IMG/VR virus record: IMGVR_UViG_2541047891_000002
DNA: 29,924 nucleotides
Direction: 5' to 3' (one strand)
Source: a virus
Taxonomy: Duplodnaviria; Heunggongvirae; Uroviricota; Caudoviricetes
Of this stretch, positions 1 to 8,686 are shown piece after piece. Made by a program: the position numbers and the translations under genes. The notes beneath the pieces are model-generated. The model made no database searches, was not told where the DNA came from, and saw only the letters and a program-made list of their open reading frames with translations. The stretch's first letter is position 1. Every line of letters starts with the position of its first letter.

Positions 1-1485
1 GCATCCCGTCGCAATGTTCACAAAAGTGAATTTGACGAGGATGCCTGGCAGTTTCTGATTGCAGATTATCTGCGACCGGAAAAACCCGCCTTCCGCAAAT
101 GTTATGAGCGTCTGGAACTGGCAGCCCGCGAGCATGGCTGGAGTATTCCCTCCCGTGCCACGGCCTTTCGCCGGATTCAGCAACTGGACGAGGCAATGGT
201 TGTTGCCTGTCGTGAAGGTGAACATGCACTGATGCATCTGATACCGGCACAGCAGCGAACTGTGGAACACCTGGACGCCATGCAGTGGATCAACGGCGAC
301 GGTTATCTGCATAACGTCTTTGTACGCTGGTTTAACGGTGATGTGATCCGTCCGAAAACATGGTTCTGGCAGGATGTGAAAACCCGAAAAATTCTGGGCT
401 GGCGCTGCGATGTGAGCGAGAACATTGATTCAATTCGCCTCTCGTTCATGGATGTTGTGACTCGCTACGGTATCCCGGAGGATTTTCACATCACCATTGA
501 TAACACCCGTGGTGCTGCGAATAAATGGCTGACGGGAGGCGCGCCAAATCGCTACCGCTTTAAGGTGAAAGAGGACGATCCAAAGGGGCTGTTTTTACTG
601 ATGGGAGCGACCATGCACTGGACAAGCGTTGTTGCCGGTAAAGGCTGGGGCCAGGCAAAACCTGTAGAACGTGCTTTCGGTGTTGGTGGCCTTGAGGAAT
701 ACGTTGATAAACATCCGGCACTGGCTGGCGCATATACGGGGCCAAATCCGCAGGCAAAACCTGATAACTATGGCGATCGTGCTGTTGATGCAGAGCTGTT
801 TCTGAAAACCCTTGCCGAAGGTGTGGCGATGTTCAATGCCAGAACAGGTCGTGAAACAGAAATGTGCGGGGGTAAACTCTCGTTTGATGATGTTTTCGAG
901 CGTGAATACGCCAGAACGGTTGTGCGTAAACCAACCGAAGAACAAAAACGGATGCTGTTATTGCCTGCTGAGGCGGTGAACGTTTCACGCAAAGGCGAGT
1001 TTACGCTTAAAGTTGGTGGCTCCCTTAAAGGCGCGAAAAACGTTTATTACAACATGGCATTAATGAATGCCGGAGTGAAAAAAGTTGTGGTCAGGTTTGA
1101 TCCACAGCAGCTACACAGCACGGTTTATTGCTACACCCTGGACGGTCGGTTTATCTGTGAAGCGGAATGTCTGGCACCAGTTGCATTTAATGATGCTGCG
1201 GCAGGCCGTGAATATCGCCGCCGCCAGAAACAACTGAAATCTGCAACTAAAGCAGCCATTAAGGCGCAGAAACAAATGGACGCGCTGGAAGTTGCTGAAC
1301 TGCTGCCGCAGATAGCCGAACCAGCAGCACCAGAATCAAGGGTTGTTGGTATTTTCCGGCCTTCCGGTAACACGGTGCAGGTGAAATACCAGGAAACCGA
1401 TGATGAATATGAAACCGATCGTGATGAATATCTGAATCACTCGCTGGATATTCTGGAACAGAACAGACGTAAAAAAGCCATTTAA
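1..1485 (+). CDS. A: DDE transposase MuA, C-terminal ~495 aa; 5' end of gene is outside the window
   Basis: Frame 1 is open from position 1 (no stop) into the track ORF 196-1485; translation contains Mu A catalytic-core blocks ([27 protein letters not shown]) and the C-terminal domain. Confidence 0.93.
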
Positions 1486-1523
1486 TTAACGTTTAAACAA
1501 AATTTAATTACGAGGTTATTCAG

Positions 1524-2462
1524 ATGAATATTTCTGATATTCGCGCAGGACTGCGCACGCTTGTAGAAAGCGAAAAAACAACTTATGCGCAAATCGCCCG
1601 TGAATCTGGAGTTGCCGCAGGAACGTTAAGCGCGTTCGTGAATAACAAGTACAACGGCGATAATGAGCGTGTTGCGCAGACGCTGGAACGCTGGCTGGAG
1701 AACTATCACCGCGCCGCAGAACTGCCAGAACCCCCTCGTTTTGTGGAAACCAGAACAGCACGTCAAATCTGGACGAGTATGCGCTTTGCCAGCCTGACTG
1801 AAAGTATTTCCGTTATCTGCGGTAATCCAGGTGTGGGAAAAACTGAAGCAGCCCGCGAATTTCGTCGCACCAATAACAATGTCTGGATGATCACCATTAC
1901 CCCATCCTGCGCCAGTGTTCTGGAATGCCTGACTGAACTGGCTTATGAACTGGGAATGAATGATGCACCGCGTCGTAAAGGGCCACTCTCCCGCGCTTTG
2001 AGACGCCGTCTCGAAGGTACACAGGGGCTGGTCATTATCGACGAAGCTGATCATCTTGGCGCAGAAGTTCTGGAAGAACTCCGCCTGTTACAGGAATCCG
2101 CCCGTATTGGTCTTGTTCTGATGGGGAATCACCGCGTTTATTCAAATATGACTGGCGGAAACAGAACGGTTGAATTTGCCCGCCTGTTTTCCCGTATTGC
2201 AAAACGGACGGCAATCAATAAAACCAAAATTGATGATGTAAAGGCCATTGCGGATGCCTGGCAAATTACCGGCGAAAACGAGCGGGAATTATTACAGCAG
2301 ATTGCGCAAAAGCCAGGTGCACTTCGTATCCTGAACCACTCGCTGCGCCTTGCTGCCATGACTGCCCACGGCAAAGGTGAACGTGTTAATGAAGATTATC
2401 TGCGTCAGGCTTTCCGTGAATTAGACCTGGATGTTGATATTTCAACCCTGCTGCGTACGTAA
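1524..2462 (+). CDS. B: MuB-type ATP-dependent target DNA activator (AAA+ ATPase)
   Basis: 312 aa; N-terminal [15 protein letters not shown]; Walker A GNPGVGKT; Walker [11 protein letters not shown]; immediately downstream of A. Confidence 0.93.
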   Translation: MNISDIRAGLRTLVESEKTTYAQIARESGVAAGTLSAFVNNKYNGDNERVAQTLERWLENYHRAAELPEPPRFVETRTARQIWTSMRFASLTESISVICGNPGVGKTEAAREFRRTNNNVWMITITPSCASVLECLTELAYELGMNDAPRRKGPLSRALRRRLEGTQGLVIIDEADHLGAEVLEELRLLQESARIGLVLMGNHRVYSNMTGGNRTVEFARLFSRIAKRTAINKTKIDDVKAIADAWQITGENERELLQQIAQKPGALRILNHSLRLAAMTAHGKGERVNEDYLRQAFRELDLDVDISTLLRT

Positions 2463-2475
2463 GGAGAGAGAAATC

Positions 2476-2703
2476 ATGATGTCACGGAATATCAAAATGG
2501 CAACGGAAGTAAAGACATGGTTACAGGCACGCGGCAGCCACGTTAATGAGTCATATCTCGGTGTTGCACGCCCGATTCTTGAGATTACCTGCCCACCACC
2601 GGAGCTGGTCAGGAGCGCCATCAGAATTATGGAGCATAAATCAGGAATTGCCCGTTCAGTATGGACAGCCCGATTTAATGGTTGTCAGATTATCTGGAGA
2701 TAA
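2476..2703 (+). CDS. Small early protein, Kil-like by position and size (possible host cell-division inhibitor)
   Basis: 75 aa ORF starting ATG 2476 with AGGAGAG 9 nt upstream; first gene after B as kil is in Mu; identity by synteny only. Confidence 0.55.
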   Translation: MMSRNIKMATEVKTWLQARGSHVNESYLGVARPILEITCPPPELVRSAIRIMEHKSGIARSVWTARFNGCQIIWR

Positions 2704-2951
2704 TGATGAGCTCTGAAGCTGAAAAATATATTAAATGGGTTAAACAAGCACAGAATAACAATGTAGCCCTGTGTGCGTTTAATTGCCCTAAATGCAAAGA
2801 ACAAATCATGACGCAATGCTCACCTGAAAATAAAGTATGGGATTCCTTTGCATGTTGTCCGTGGTGCAATGCGGTTTACTTTAAACAGGTACAAGGTACG
2901 AAGGTAAAAGCCAGCGTAGTTATTATTCAGAATTCAATAAGCAGGCAATAA
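2703..2951 (+). CDS. Small Cys-rich zinc-ribbon-like protein (hypothetical)
   Basis: 82 aa from ATG 2703 (alternative starts 2682, 2706); paired CxxC motifs (CPKC ... CPWC); AT-rich; TAATG overlap with upstream stop. Confidence 0.5.
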   Translation: MMSSEAEKYIKWVKQAQNNNVALCAFNCPKCKEQIMTQCSPENKVWDSFACCPWCNAVYFKQVQGTKVKASVVIIQNSISRQ

Positions 2952-2953
2952 AA

Positions 2954-3223
2954 ATGGCAAAAGTAATCTTTGAGTTTAACAATACAGAAAATATTGAGTT
3001 TCAGGAAAATGGAGGTTTTGCCGTAAATATGAATGTGCGGCTGGAAGAATCCTCACCTGAGGACCAGACCGGGCCACATGACGTAATGGCAGGCATCATC
3101 AAGAGCATGGCTCCTGAAATCATTAAAAAAGCGACCGAGGAGTTGTTGAAATCAGCCAGGGAGCTTGGGCTGGAAGCTGAGGGGGAACTATTCAGCTATA
3201 ACCCAAATGCAGCCAGACATTAA
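2954..3223 (+). CDS. Hypothetical early protein (89 aa, acidic)
   Basis: ORF in early operon orientation, tightly packed after previous stop; AT-rich. Confidence 0.5.
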   Translation: MAKVIFEFNNTENIEFQENGGFAVNMNVRLEESSPEDQTGPHDVMAGIIKSMAPEIIKKATEELLKSARELGLEAEGELFSYNPNAARH

Positions 3224-3243
3224 TTCACAAAGGAACGCTGACA

Positions 3244-3663
3244 ATGAACGTCAAAATCCGAAATGAAATTCAGGCATTAATCCGAATTCAGGAACGCAAT
3301 AACAACGGTGGTGAATTACGCGAGTTTATTTGCGCCCGGAAAGTTGATGGTTGTGATGAAAAAACTTACCTGATTGCTTTCGACCATTACAGCATCTGTG
3401 CGCGTTATTGCGGCGAAAGTATATCCCGCGCCATTGCATTTGGCGGTGCGTTCAACGTGGATTTATGGGAGTACGTCATGGACCGGGAATACATCTGCGC
3501 ATCAGACCCTGAAGCCCGTGAAATGTGGCAGCGTATCTGGCGCGATTACCGGTTAATGGCAAAAGGCTGGGCGCACTGCTGTTATTCCTCGCTTGCCCTG
3601 AAAGCGGTTCAGCTATCGCTGCGGCATATTCCGGCATCGCAGCGTGAGCCTCTGCTGTACTGA
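3244..3663 (+). CDS. Hypothetical early protein (139 aa, Cys/Trp-rich)
   Basis: ORF with AAAGGAACG upstream of ATG 3244; same strand and packing as early operon. Confidence 0.55.
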   Translation: MNVKIRNEIQALIRIQERNNNGGELREFICARKVDGCDEKTYLIAFDHYSICARYCGESISRAIAFGGAFNVDLWEYVMDREYICASDPEAREMWQRIWRDYRLMAKGWAHCCYSSLALKAVQLSLRHIPASQREPLLY

Positions 3664-3963
3664 ATGGTGGCTGACATGAAGTGTCATCGTAAACGCTGGT
3701 CACGCGAAGACCGGGAATTTATCGAAGCCAACGTCGGGAAAATGACCGTTGAAGAAATGGCGGAAAAACTGAAAGTCGCCACAACCGCCCTCCGGGCACA
3801 TGCCAGAAGGCACGGAATATCATTGTGTGTATACCGAATCAGTGAACACGACAAATATTTATGCCGTGAACTTTATAAAGAAGGGCTGGATATTCATGTC
3901 ATTGCCCGAAAGATGGAATTAAGCAATCGAGCTGTATCCAGCATTGTATACAGCGGATATTAA
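3664..3963 (+). CDS. Hypothetical early protein with possible helix-turn-helix segments (99 aa)
   Basis: ATG 3664 directly follows upstream stop (alternative ATG 3676); HTH-like stretches MTVEEMAEKLKVATTALRAHARRHGIS and LDIHVIARKMELSNRAVSSIVY. Confidence 0.5.
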   Translation: MVADMKCHRKRWSREDREFIEANVGKMTVEEMAEKLKVATTALRAHARRHGISLCVYRISEHDKYLCRELYKEGLDIHVIARKMELSNRAVSSIVYSGY

Positions 3964-3982
3964 TTAACAGGAGCTTTAATTT

Positions 3983-4507
3983 ATGGCTAAACCAGCAAAA
4001 CGCATCAAAAGTGCCGCAGCGGCTTATGTGCCACAAAACCGCGATGCGGTGATTACCGATATTAAACGCATCGGGGATTTACAGCGCGAAGCATCACGTC
4101 TGGAAACAGAAATGAATGATGCCATCGCGGAAATTACGGAGAAATTTGCGGCCCGGATTGCACCGCTTAAATCCGATATTGAAACCCTTTCAAAAGGCGT
4201 TCAGGGATGGTGTGAAGCGAACCGCGACGAACTGACGAACGGCGGCAAAGTGAAGACGGCGAATCTTGTCACCGGTGATGTATCGTGGCGGGTCCGTCCA
4301 CCATCAGTAAGCATTCGTGGTATGGATGCAGTGATGGAAACGCTGGAGCGTCTTGGCCTGCAACGCTTTATTCGTACGAAGCAGGAAATCAACAAAGAAG
4401 CAATTCTGAATGAACCAGGCGCAGTTGCCGGTGTTGCCGGAATTACGGTTAAGTCTGGAATTGAAGATTTTTCCATTATCCCGTTTGAACAGGAAGCCGG
4501 TATTTAA
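3983..4507 (+). CDS. gam: Gam, Ku-like DNA-end-binding host-nuclease inhibitor
   Basis: 174 aa; sequence MAKPAKRIKSAAAAYVPQNRDAVITDIKRIGDLQRE... matches recalled Mu Gam almost throughout. Confidence 0.9.
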   Translation: MAKPAKRIKSAAAAYVPQNRDAVITDIKRIGDLQREASRLETEMNDAIAEITEKFAARIAPLKSDIETLSKGVQGWCEANRDELTNGGKVKTANLVTGDVSWRVRPPSVSIRGMDAVMETLERLGLQRFIRTKQEINKEAILNEPGAVAGVAGITVKSGIEDFSIIPFEQEAGI

Positions 4508-4601
4508 TACCAGCATTAATATTTAATTAATTAACTTTCTTTCAATTATGGCGCGATGCGTCAGGGGATTGCTCGCGCCTGAATCTGAAATGGTGATATT
4601 T

Positions 4602-4856
4602 ATGACGAATCAGGAAATGAAAGAATGCATTGTCTCTTTATGTGCATGGCATAAAGCACGCGTGGAGGAATGTCGTTTTTTTATCGATAAAAAAGATGCG
4701 GATATTACCTTCGACAATGACGGTGAGAAATGCGTTATCCCTGCACATTCAAAGGAAGCAAACCTTCTGAGACTTGGGGCAAGGCTTGCCCTTTTCATAT
4801 TCGAAAAATTTCCTGTAACGCTGAATGTAAAGGATGACGAAGATGACGAGGAATAA
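4602..4856 (+). CDS. Hypothetical early protein with polyacidic C-terminal tail (KDDEDDEE)
   Basis: Track ORF 4548-4856; most plausible start ATG 4602 (MTNQEMKE...); alternative starts 4548 and 4590. Confidence 0.45.
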   Translation: MTNQEMKECIVSLCAWHKARVEECRFFIDKKDADITFDNDGEKCVIPAHSKEANLLRLGARLALFIFEKFPVTLNVKDDEDDEE

Positions 4857-5070
4857 GCAACAAGCACCGGAAATAACAGCGGAGGTGTTGATTAAAGACA
4901 GCGCCGAATGCCTAGCATCAGTACCTGCATTGATTCAACAGGCGAATGCAAAAAATCTCCGTCGTGCAGCTTCGTTTATTCGTGCAGGCATTGCCCGCCA
5001 GATGATGATTGCGCAGATGTGTATGCGCGAAGCACAGCGTCTGGAACATATGGAGGCAAATGGTGATTAA
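4834..5070 (+). CDS. Hypothetical early protein (78 aa)
   Basis: ORF overlapping the 3' end of the previous gene in early operon orientation. Confidence 0.4.
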   Translation: MTKMTRNKQQAPEITAEVLIKDSAECLASVPALIQQANAKNLRRAASFIRAGIARQMMIAQMCMREAQRLEHMEANGD

Positions 5071-5260
5071 GTCAATTGGCTTTGTCCTGCTGGTTAGCAC
5101 CTGCGGGAACGATGCCTGCGATGCCATACCCGTAACGGAAAGAATCTGGCCCACGGAGCAGATATGCAGGCAGGTGATGGAACACGTGCAAAAACGTTAT
5201 CCCAATGAGATTTTTTATTGCGAAGAGGTATTAAGAAATGAAAATACAGAGCATTACTGA
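5060..5260 (+). CDS. Small putative secreted or lipoprotein-like protein
   Basis: Track ORF 5009-5260; internal ATG 5060 preceded by GGAGG gives MVIKSIGFVLLVSTCGNDAC (signal-peptide-like with Cys after hydrophobic stretch); start uncertain. Confidence 0.35.
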   Translation: MVIKSIGFVLLVSTCGNDACDAIPVTERIWPTEQICRQVMEHVQKRYPNEIFYCEEVLRNENTEHY

Positions 5261-5549
5261 TGCTGACTTGATGGCTGCTACATTAATTTCCAGTGGCATA
5301 CCAGAACAAAAGGTGAATGATTTTCTGAATAATGTTGTGTATCAACGTTATGAGCAGGCCAGAGAAGATTTAATTTCAGAAAAGCGCGCGATAATCGCTG
5401 AATCCTTAAGTTATGCATGGATTATCGAAGAGTTGCGGGGAATCATTGCCGGTCAGGATAAACTGGCGGCAGTTGCCGCCCTTGATGTGCTACAACGGAT
5501 GAGTAAGGATTTATTCCATACCGAGTTTATTTTTAAAGAACTGGGCTAA
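5238..5549 (+). CDS. Hypothetical protein (103 aa), part of an AT-rich insertion
   Basis: ORF with protein-like composition in a region visibly lower in GC than flanks; converges on and overlaps the reverse-strand gene 5511-5915 by 39 bp. Confidence 0.5.
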   Translation: MKIQSITDADLMAATLISSGIPEQKVNDFLNNVVYQRYEQAREDLISEKRAIIAESLSYAWIIEELRGIIAGQDKLAAVAALDVLQRMSKDLFHTEFIFKELG

Positions 5550-5915
5550 TAAACTTTTGCTGATGTCTTTTACAACATCAAATGGGGCATCAGCAAACTC
5601 ATTTTTTATCCGTTCAAGGATGGGTTTCTTATGTAATGCGTTGGCAAAGTCGTGGCCTGTCTGGGTTAGTCTTATCGGTATTGCATTCCAGACAAATCCC
5701 TTAGTGGTTGGTATAAGCCCTATACATTTAGGAGATCCTGTTTCCAGATTTCTGTTACTGATAAGACCATTTTCTGTCAGCAACAATAAATGGAAAATTA
5801 GTTTCTGTTCATCATGTGATGTATTGATGCCAATATCACTAAGGGTGATAAAAGCATCATTTGAATCCAGAAAAACATCCAGAATCCGGGCCAGTTCATC
5901 ATAGTCAATTTTCAT
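5511..5915 (-). CDS. Hypothetical protein (134 aa) on the reverse strand inside the early region; function unknown
   Basis: Reverse-strand ORF with balanced, protein-like composition and AAGGAA 6 nt upstream of its ATG; the overlapping + strand ORF 5557-5904 is Ser-rich and low-complexity like an antisense shadow; start is 30 bp from and divergent to gemA start. Confidence 0.55.
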   Translation of the reverse strand: MKIDYDELARILDVFLDSNDAFITLSDIGINTSHDEQKLIFHLLLLTENGLISNRNLETGSPKCIGLIPTTKGFVWNAIPIRLTQTGHDFANALHKKPILERIKNEFADAPFDVVKDISKSLLAQFFKNKLGME

Positions 5916-5945
5916 ATCTCATTCCTTAATATGAGAGGTGATCAA

Positions 5946-6497
5946 ATGAGTCGCACATCACTGATTAAATTAATCCATGTAGCCCGTCGTAATCTACAAC
6001 TTGACGACGACACCTACCGTGCCTTTCTGATGCAGAACACGGGCAAAATTAGTTGCCGTGAGCTGACCGTCGCGCAACTGGAGCTGGTGCTCGATGCCAT
6101 GAAAGAACGCGGTTTTAAGAAGCAGAATAAACACCCACGCCGTCGCTTTAAGGGGCATGTCACGCCCCGCGAAAAGGTATTAAAAATCTGGCAGCAAATG
6201 GCAGAAGACGGTTTTATTGCCGATGGCAGTGATACAGCACTGGATAAATACGTCGAACGACTGACAGCCAGACGTAATGGCGGACAGGGTGTTTCCACGC
6301 TGGCGTGGTGTCACGGAGAATCGTTACAAATTGTGCTTGAAACCCTGAAACAGTGGCACATCCGCTGTATCCGTGAAGCCTTTTCCCGTTATGGACTCCC
6401 GTTGCCGGTCAGCCCGTCCGGGCGTGAACTGCGTGGCTATGATGCCATGACAGCAGCTTATGCCCGTGCAAGAAAAACACGGAGACTGGCACAATGA
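5946..6497 (+). CDS. gemA: GemA-like early protein
   Basis: Track ORF 5931-6497; start ATG 5946 with GAGGTG upstream; ~183 aa directly upstream of mor with ATGA overlap, as in Mu. Confidence 0.75.
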   Translation: MSRTSLIKLIHVARRNLQLDDDTYRAFLMQNTGKISCRELTVAQLELVLDAMKERGFKKQNKHPRRRFKGHVTPREKVLKIWQQMAEDGFIADGSDTALDKYVERLTARRNGGQGVSTLAWCHGESLQIVLETLKQWHIRCIREAFSRYGLPLPVSPSGRELRGYDAMTAAYARARKTRRLAQ

Positions 6498-6883
6498 CGC
6501 AGGATTTGTTTGGCGACTTTCAGGATGACAGTATCCTGGCTCATCTTGACAATGAATCCGGGGATACGTCACGATTTCCGGCACTGCTGGCGGAACTGAA
6601 CGATGTGCTGCGTCAGGAACTGTCCCGGCTGGGCGTTGAACCTGCGCACTCTCTGGAGATTGTTGTGGCTATCTGTAAACATCTTGGCGGTGGTCAGGTC
6701 TATATTCCTCGTGGGCAGGTGCTGGATTCACTGGTTCGGGATTTACGAATCTGGAATGATTTTAACGGGCGCAATGTTCACGAACTGGCAATTCGTTATG
6801 GTGTGACGTTTAACACTGTCTATAAAGCCATCCGACGAATGCGGCGTATAAAGTATCGTCAGTATCAACCCCCTCTGTTTTAA
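6494..6883 (+). CDS. mor: Mor, activator of the middle promoter
   Basis: 129 aa; C-terminal block YIPRGQVLDSLVRDLRIWNDFNGRNVHELAIRYGVTFNTVYKAIRRMRR matches recalled Mu Mor and is paralogous to C. Confidence 0.88.
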   Translation: MTQDLFGDFQDDSILAHLDNESGDTSRFPALLAELNDVLRQELSRLGVEPAHSLEIVVAICKHLGGGQVYIPRGQVLDSLVRDLRIWNDFNGRNVHELAIRYGVTFNTVYKAIRRMRRIKYRQYQPPLF

Positions 6884-6888
6884 ACAGT

Positions 6889-6913
6889 AAAGCCGGTTAA
6901 TCCGGCTTTTTTT
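6889..6913 (+). terminator. Rho-independent terminator ending the early transcript after mor
   Basis: Stem AGCCGG (6891-6896) / CCGGCT (6902-6907), 5-nt loop, then a run of 7 T; begins 6 bp after the mor stop. Confidence 0.75.
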
Positions 6914-6965
6914 ACGCCCTCAATATTCTGTTGTGACGATAAAACGTTCATTACAGGAGGGCAAC
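6914..6965 (+). promoter_or_regulatory. Candidate middle promoter region (Pm-equivalent, expected to be Mor-dependent)
   Basis: Position only: between the early terminator and the first middle-operon gene; contains TGACGATAAAAC; no element verified. Confidence 0.3.
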
Positions 6966-7526
6966 ATGCCTGAGTTTTCCCCTGCATTCCTTCATTCGCT
7001 GAATTTTGTTATACGGCCTGATGTTGAAGGTGGTTACGTTAATGATCCCACTGACCGTGGCGGCGAAACCAAATACGGCATTTCTGACCGTCGCGACGGC
7101 GTTATTGATGGCAAAACCGATGTTAACGGTGACGGGAAGCCTGATACCCGTATTAAAGATTTAACCCACGAGCAGGCGGCGCAAATCTACTGGCGTGATT
7201 ACTGGCTGGCGGCAAAGTGTAACGAATGGCCTGATGGTGTTTCCTTATTCGTCTTTGATGCTGCCGTTCAGCACGGTGTTAAACGCGCAATTCAAATCCT
7301 CCAGGCGGCAGCAGGTGTTGATGATGATGGCATCGTCGGCAAAAACACCCGCGCAGCCGTTCTGCGTGCCGACACTGACTGGCTGCTGTTGCAGTGTTTC
7401 CTGCGTCGTTCCCGCTATTACGCAGGGATTATCAAATCCAGTGCCTCGCAGGGGAAATATCTGAACGGCTGGTTTAACCGCCTGGATCTGCTCGCCAGCG
7501 TCTGCCGGGAGGTTCTGCATGGGTAA
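6966..7526 (+). CDS. GH108-family muramidase with C-terminal peptidoglycan-binding domain
   Basis: Track ORF 6933-7526; start ATG 6966 with AGGAGG 5 nt upstream; N-terminal EGGYVNDPTDRGGETKYGI motif typical of glycoside hydrolase family 108; C-terminal DGIVGKNTRAAV resembles PG_binding_3. Confidence 0.75.
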   Translation: MPEFSPAFLHSLNFVIRPDVEGGYVNDPTDRGGETKYGISDRRDGVIDGKTDVNGDGKPDTRIKDLTHEQAAQIYWRDYWLAAKCNEWPDGVSLFVFDAAVQHGVKRAIQILQAAAGVDDDGIVGKNTRAAVLRADTDWLLLQCFLRRSRYYAGIIKSSASQGKYLNGWFNRLDLLASVCREVLHG

Positions 7527-7737
7527 AGGGTGGGATGCGTCCTTTCGGTTTGGCAGACGCGAACGTTTACGACAGGAGGTGTTACATCGGGAGGCCGGAG
7601 GTCCACCACCAAAGCCAATGGATTACACAGGGCACGATGGCACCCACGGGAGCTATTACATGAAAGGCTGGCAGTCAGTCGATATGCCAGAAATTATTCA
7701 CCACTGCCAGCGTTACAGGGAAAAGCATCATGTTTAA
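7519..7737 (+). CDS. Hypothetical small basic, His-rich protein (72 aa)
   Basis: ATG 7519 overlaps the stop of the GH108 gene (coupled arrangement). Confidence 0.4.
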   Translation: MGKGWDASFRFGRRERLRQEVLHREAGGPPPKPMDYTGHDGTHGSYYMKGWQSVDMPEIIHHCQRYREKHHV

Positions 7738-8110
7738 GCGTTTCTGTTATTTGTTACCAAATTGTCTGCCGGTCATGTTGCTGGCGCTGATTCTGATTAT
7801 CAGCGTGTTTTATGGTTTGCGGGCGGTGCTGTTCTGGAATGCTGCCGTTTTCAGTGTGGCGCTGTGCTTTACCGGCACTATTTTTGATGATCTGTCCCGG
7901 ACAGGAAAAATCCGACGTTATGCTTCTATTAATGCCATTGATTTTCTTGGTGGCCTCGTCGGGTTAAGTCTTTCGGCTATTGCAACCGGGCTTTTAGAAG
8001 AAGTGCATCAGTTCACGATTTATGCTTTATCTGGCTTCTGTAGCATATGGTTTTGCTTTCGCCTCCATATCTGTCTGCGACGTTCAGTACCGTCTGGCGC
8101 GGAGGCATGA
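7730..8110 (+). CDS. Multi-pass membrane protein (126 aa), holin-like candidate
   Basis: At least three hydrophobic helices (VMLLALILIISVFYGL, AAVFSVALCFTGTIF, FLGGLVGLSLSAIATGLL); start overlaps previous stop. Confidence 0.5.
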   Translation: MFKRFCYLLPNCLPVMLLALILIISVFYGLRAVLFWNAAVFSVALCFTGTIFDDLSRTGKIRRYASINAIDFLGGLVGLSLSAIATGLLEEVHQFTIYALSGFCSIWFCFRLHICLRRSVPSGAEA

Positions 8111-8232
8111 TGTACAGAAGATTCAGTAATGAATGTTCCGGCATGGCTACGTTGCTGATGGTGATGAAGGGTATCACAGTTATTGCACTGCTTGCCGTAG
8201 TCACGGGGATCTGTCTGTTAGTTTTTCGCTGA
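8107..8232 (+). CDS. Small single-pass membrane protein (~41 aa)
   Basis: Track ORF 8047-8232; ATG 8107/8110 next to GGAGG; one hydrophobic helix ITVIALLAVVTGICLLVF. Confidence 0.35.
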   Translation: MMYRRFSNECSGMATLLMVMKGITVIALLAVVTGICLLVFR

Positions 8233-8242
8233 TGGGGGCAAA

Positions 8243-8653
8243 ATGACAAATCAGCAGGATTTATTTGAACATGATCCGGCTGTAAGCCAGTTAATGGATC
8301 ATATCGACAATATACCGGCTCCTGAGCAGGAGGCCCGCTGGCCCCGCGCGCTGGTTGAGCTGGTTGACGTTCTGGAAACAGAACTGAAACGTCAGGGCGT
8401 GGATGATGCACGGAGCATAGCCCGTAAACAGGTGATGTCCTTATCATGGTTCCTGGGGGGACGGCAGTATTACATCCCCCGGGGTGATGCACTTCTGGCA
8501 GCGTTGCGGGATGATCTGATTTACTGCCAGTTTAACGGTCGGAACATAGAGGAGCTGCGGCGTGAACATCGTCTGTCACAACCGCAGATTTACAAGATTA
8601 TTGCCCGGCAGAGAAAACTTCATTCACGGCGACATCAGCCCGATTTATTCTGA
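8243..8653 (+). CDS. C: C, activator of late transcription (Mor/C family)
   Basis: 136 aa; C-terminal block YYIPRGDALLAALRDDLIYCQFNGRNIEELRREHRLSQPQIYKIIARQRK paralogous to Mor; directly upstream of lys as in Mu. Confidence 0.85.
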   Translation: MTNQQDLFEHDPAVSQLMDHIDNIPAPEQEARWPRALVELVDVLETELKRQGVDDARSIARKQVMSLSWFLGGRQYYIPRGDALLAALRDDLIYCQFNGRNIEELRREHRLSQPQIYKIIARQRKLHSRRHQPDLF

Positions 8654-8686
8654 GTAACAGCAATCAATCGGTGCAGGCCGGTTGTG

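Noticed and set aside
5557-5904. + strand ORF of 115 aa overlapping the reverse-strand gene 5511-5915
   Set aside because: Its translation is Ser-rich and low-complexity with no plausible start context, so it looks like the antisense shadow of the - strand gene
8013-8492. - strand ORF of 159 aa overlapping the C gene
   Set aside because: Antisense to the well-supported Mor/C-family gene, with Pro/Arg-rich composition typical of shadow frames
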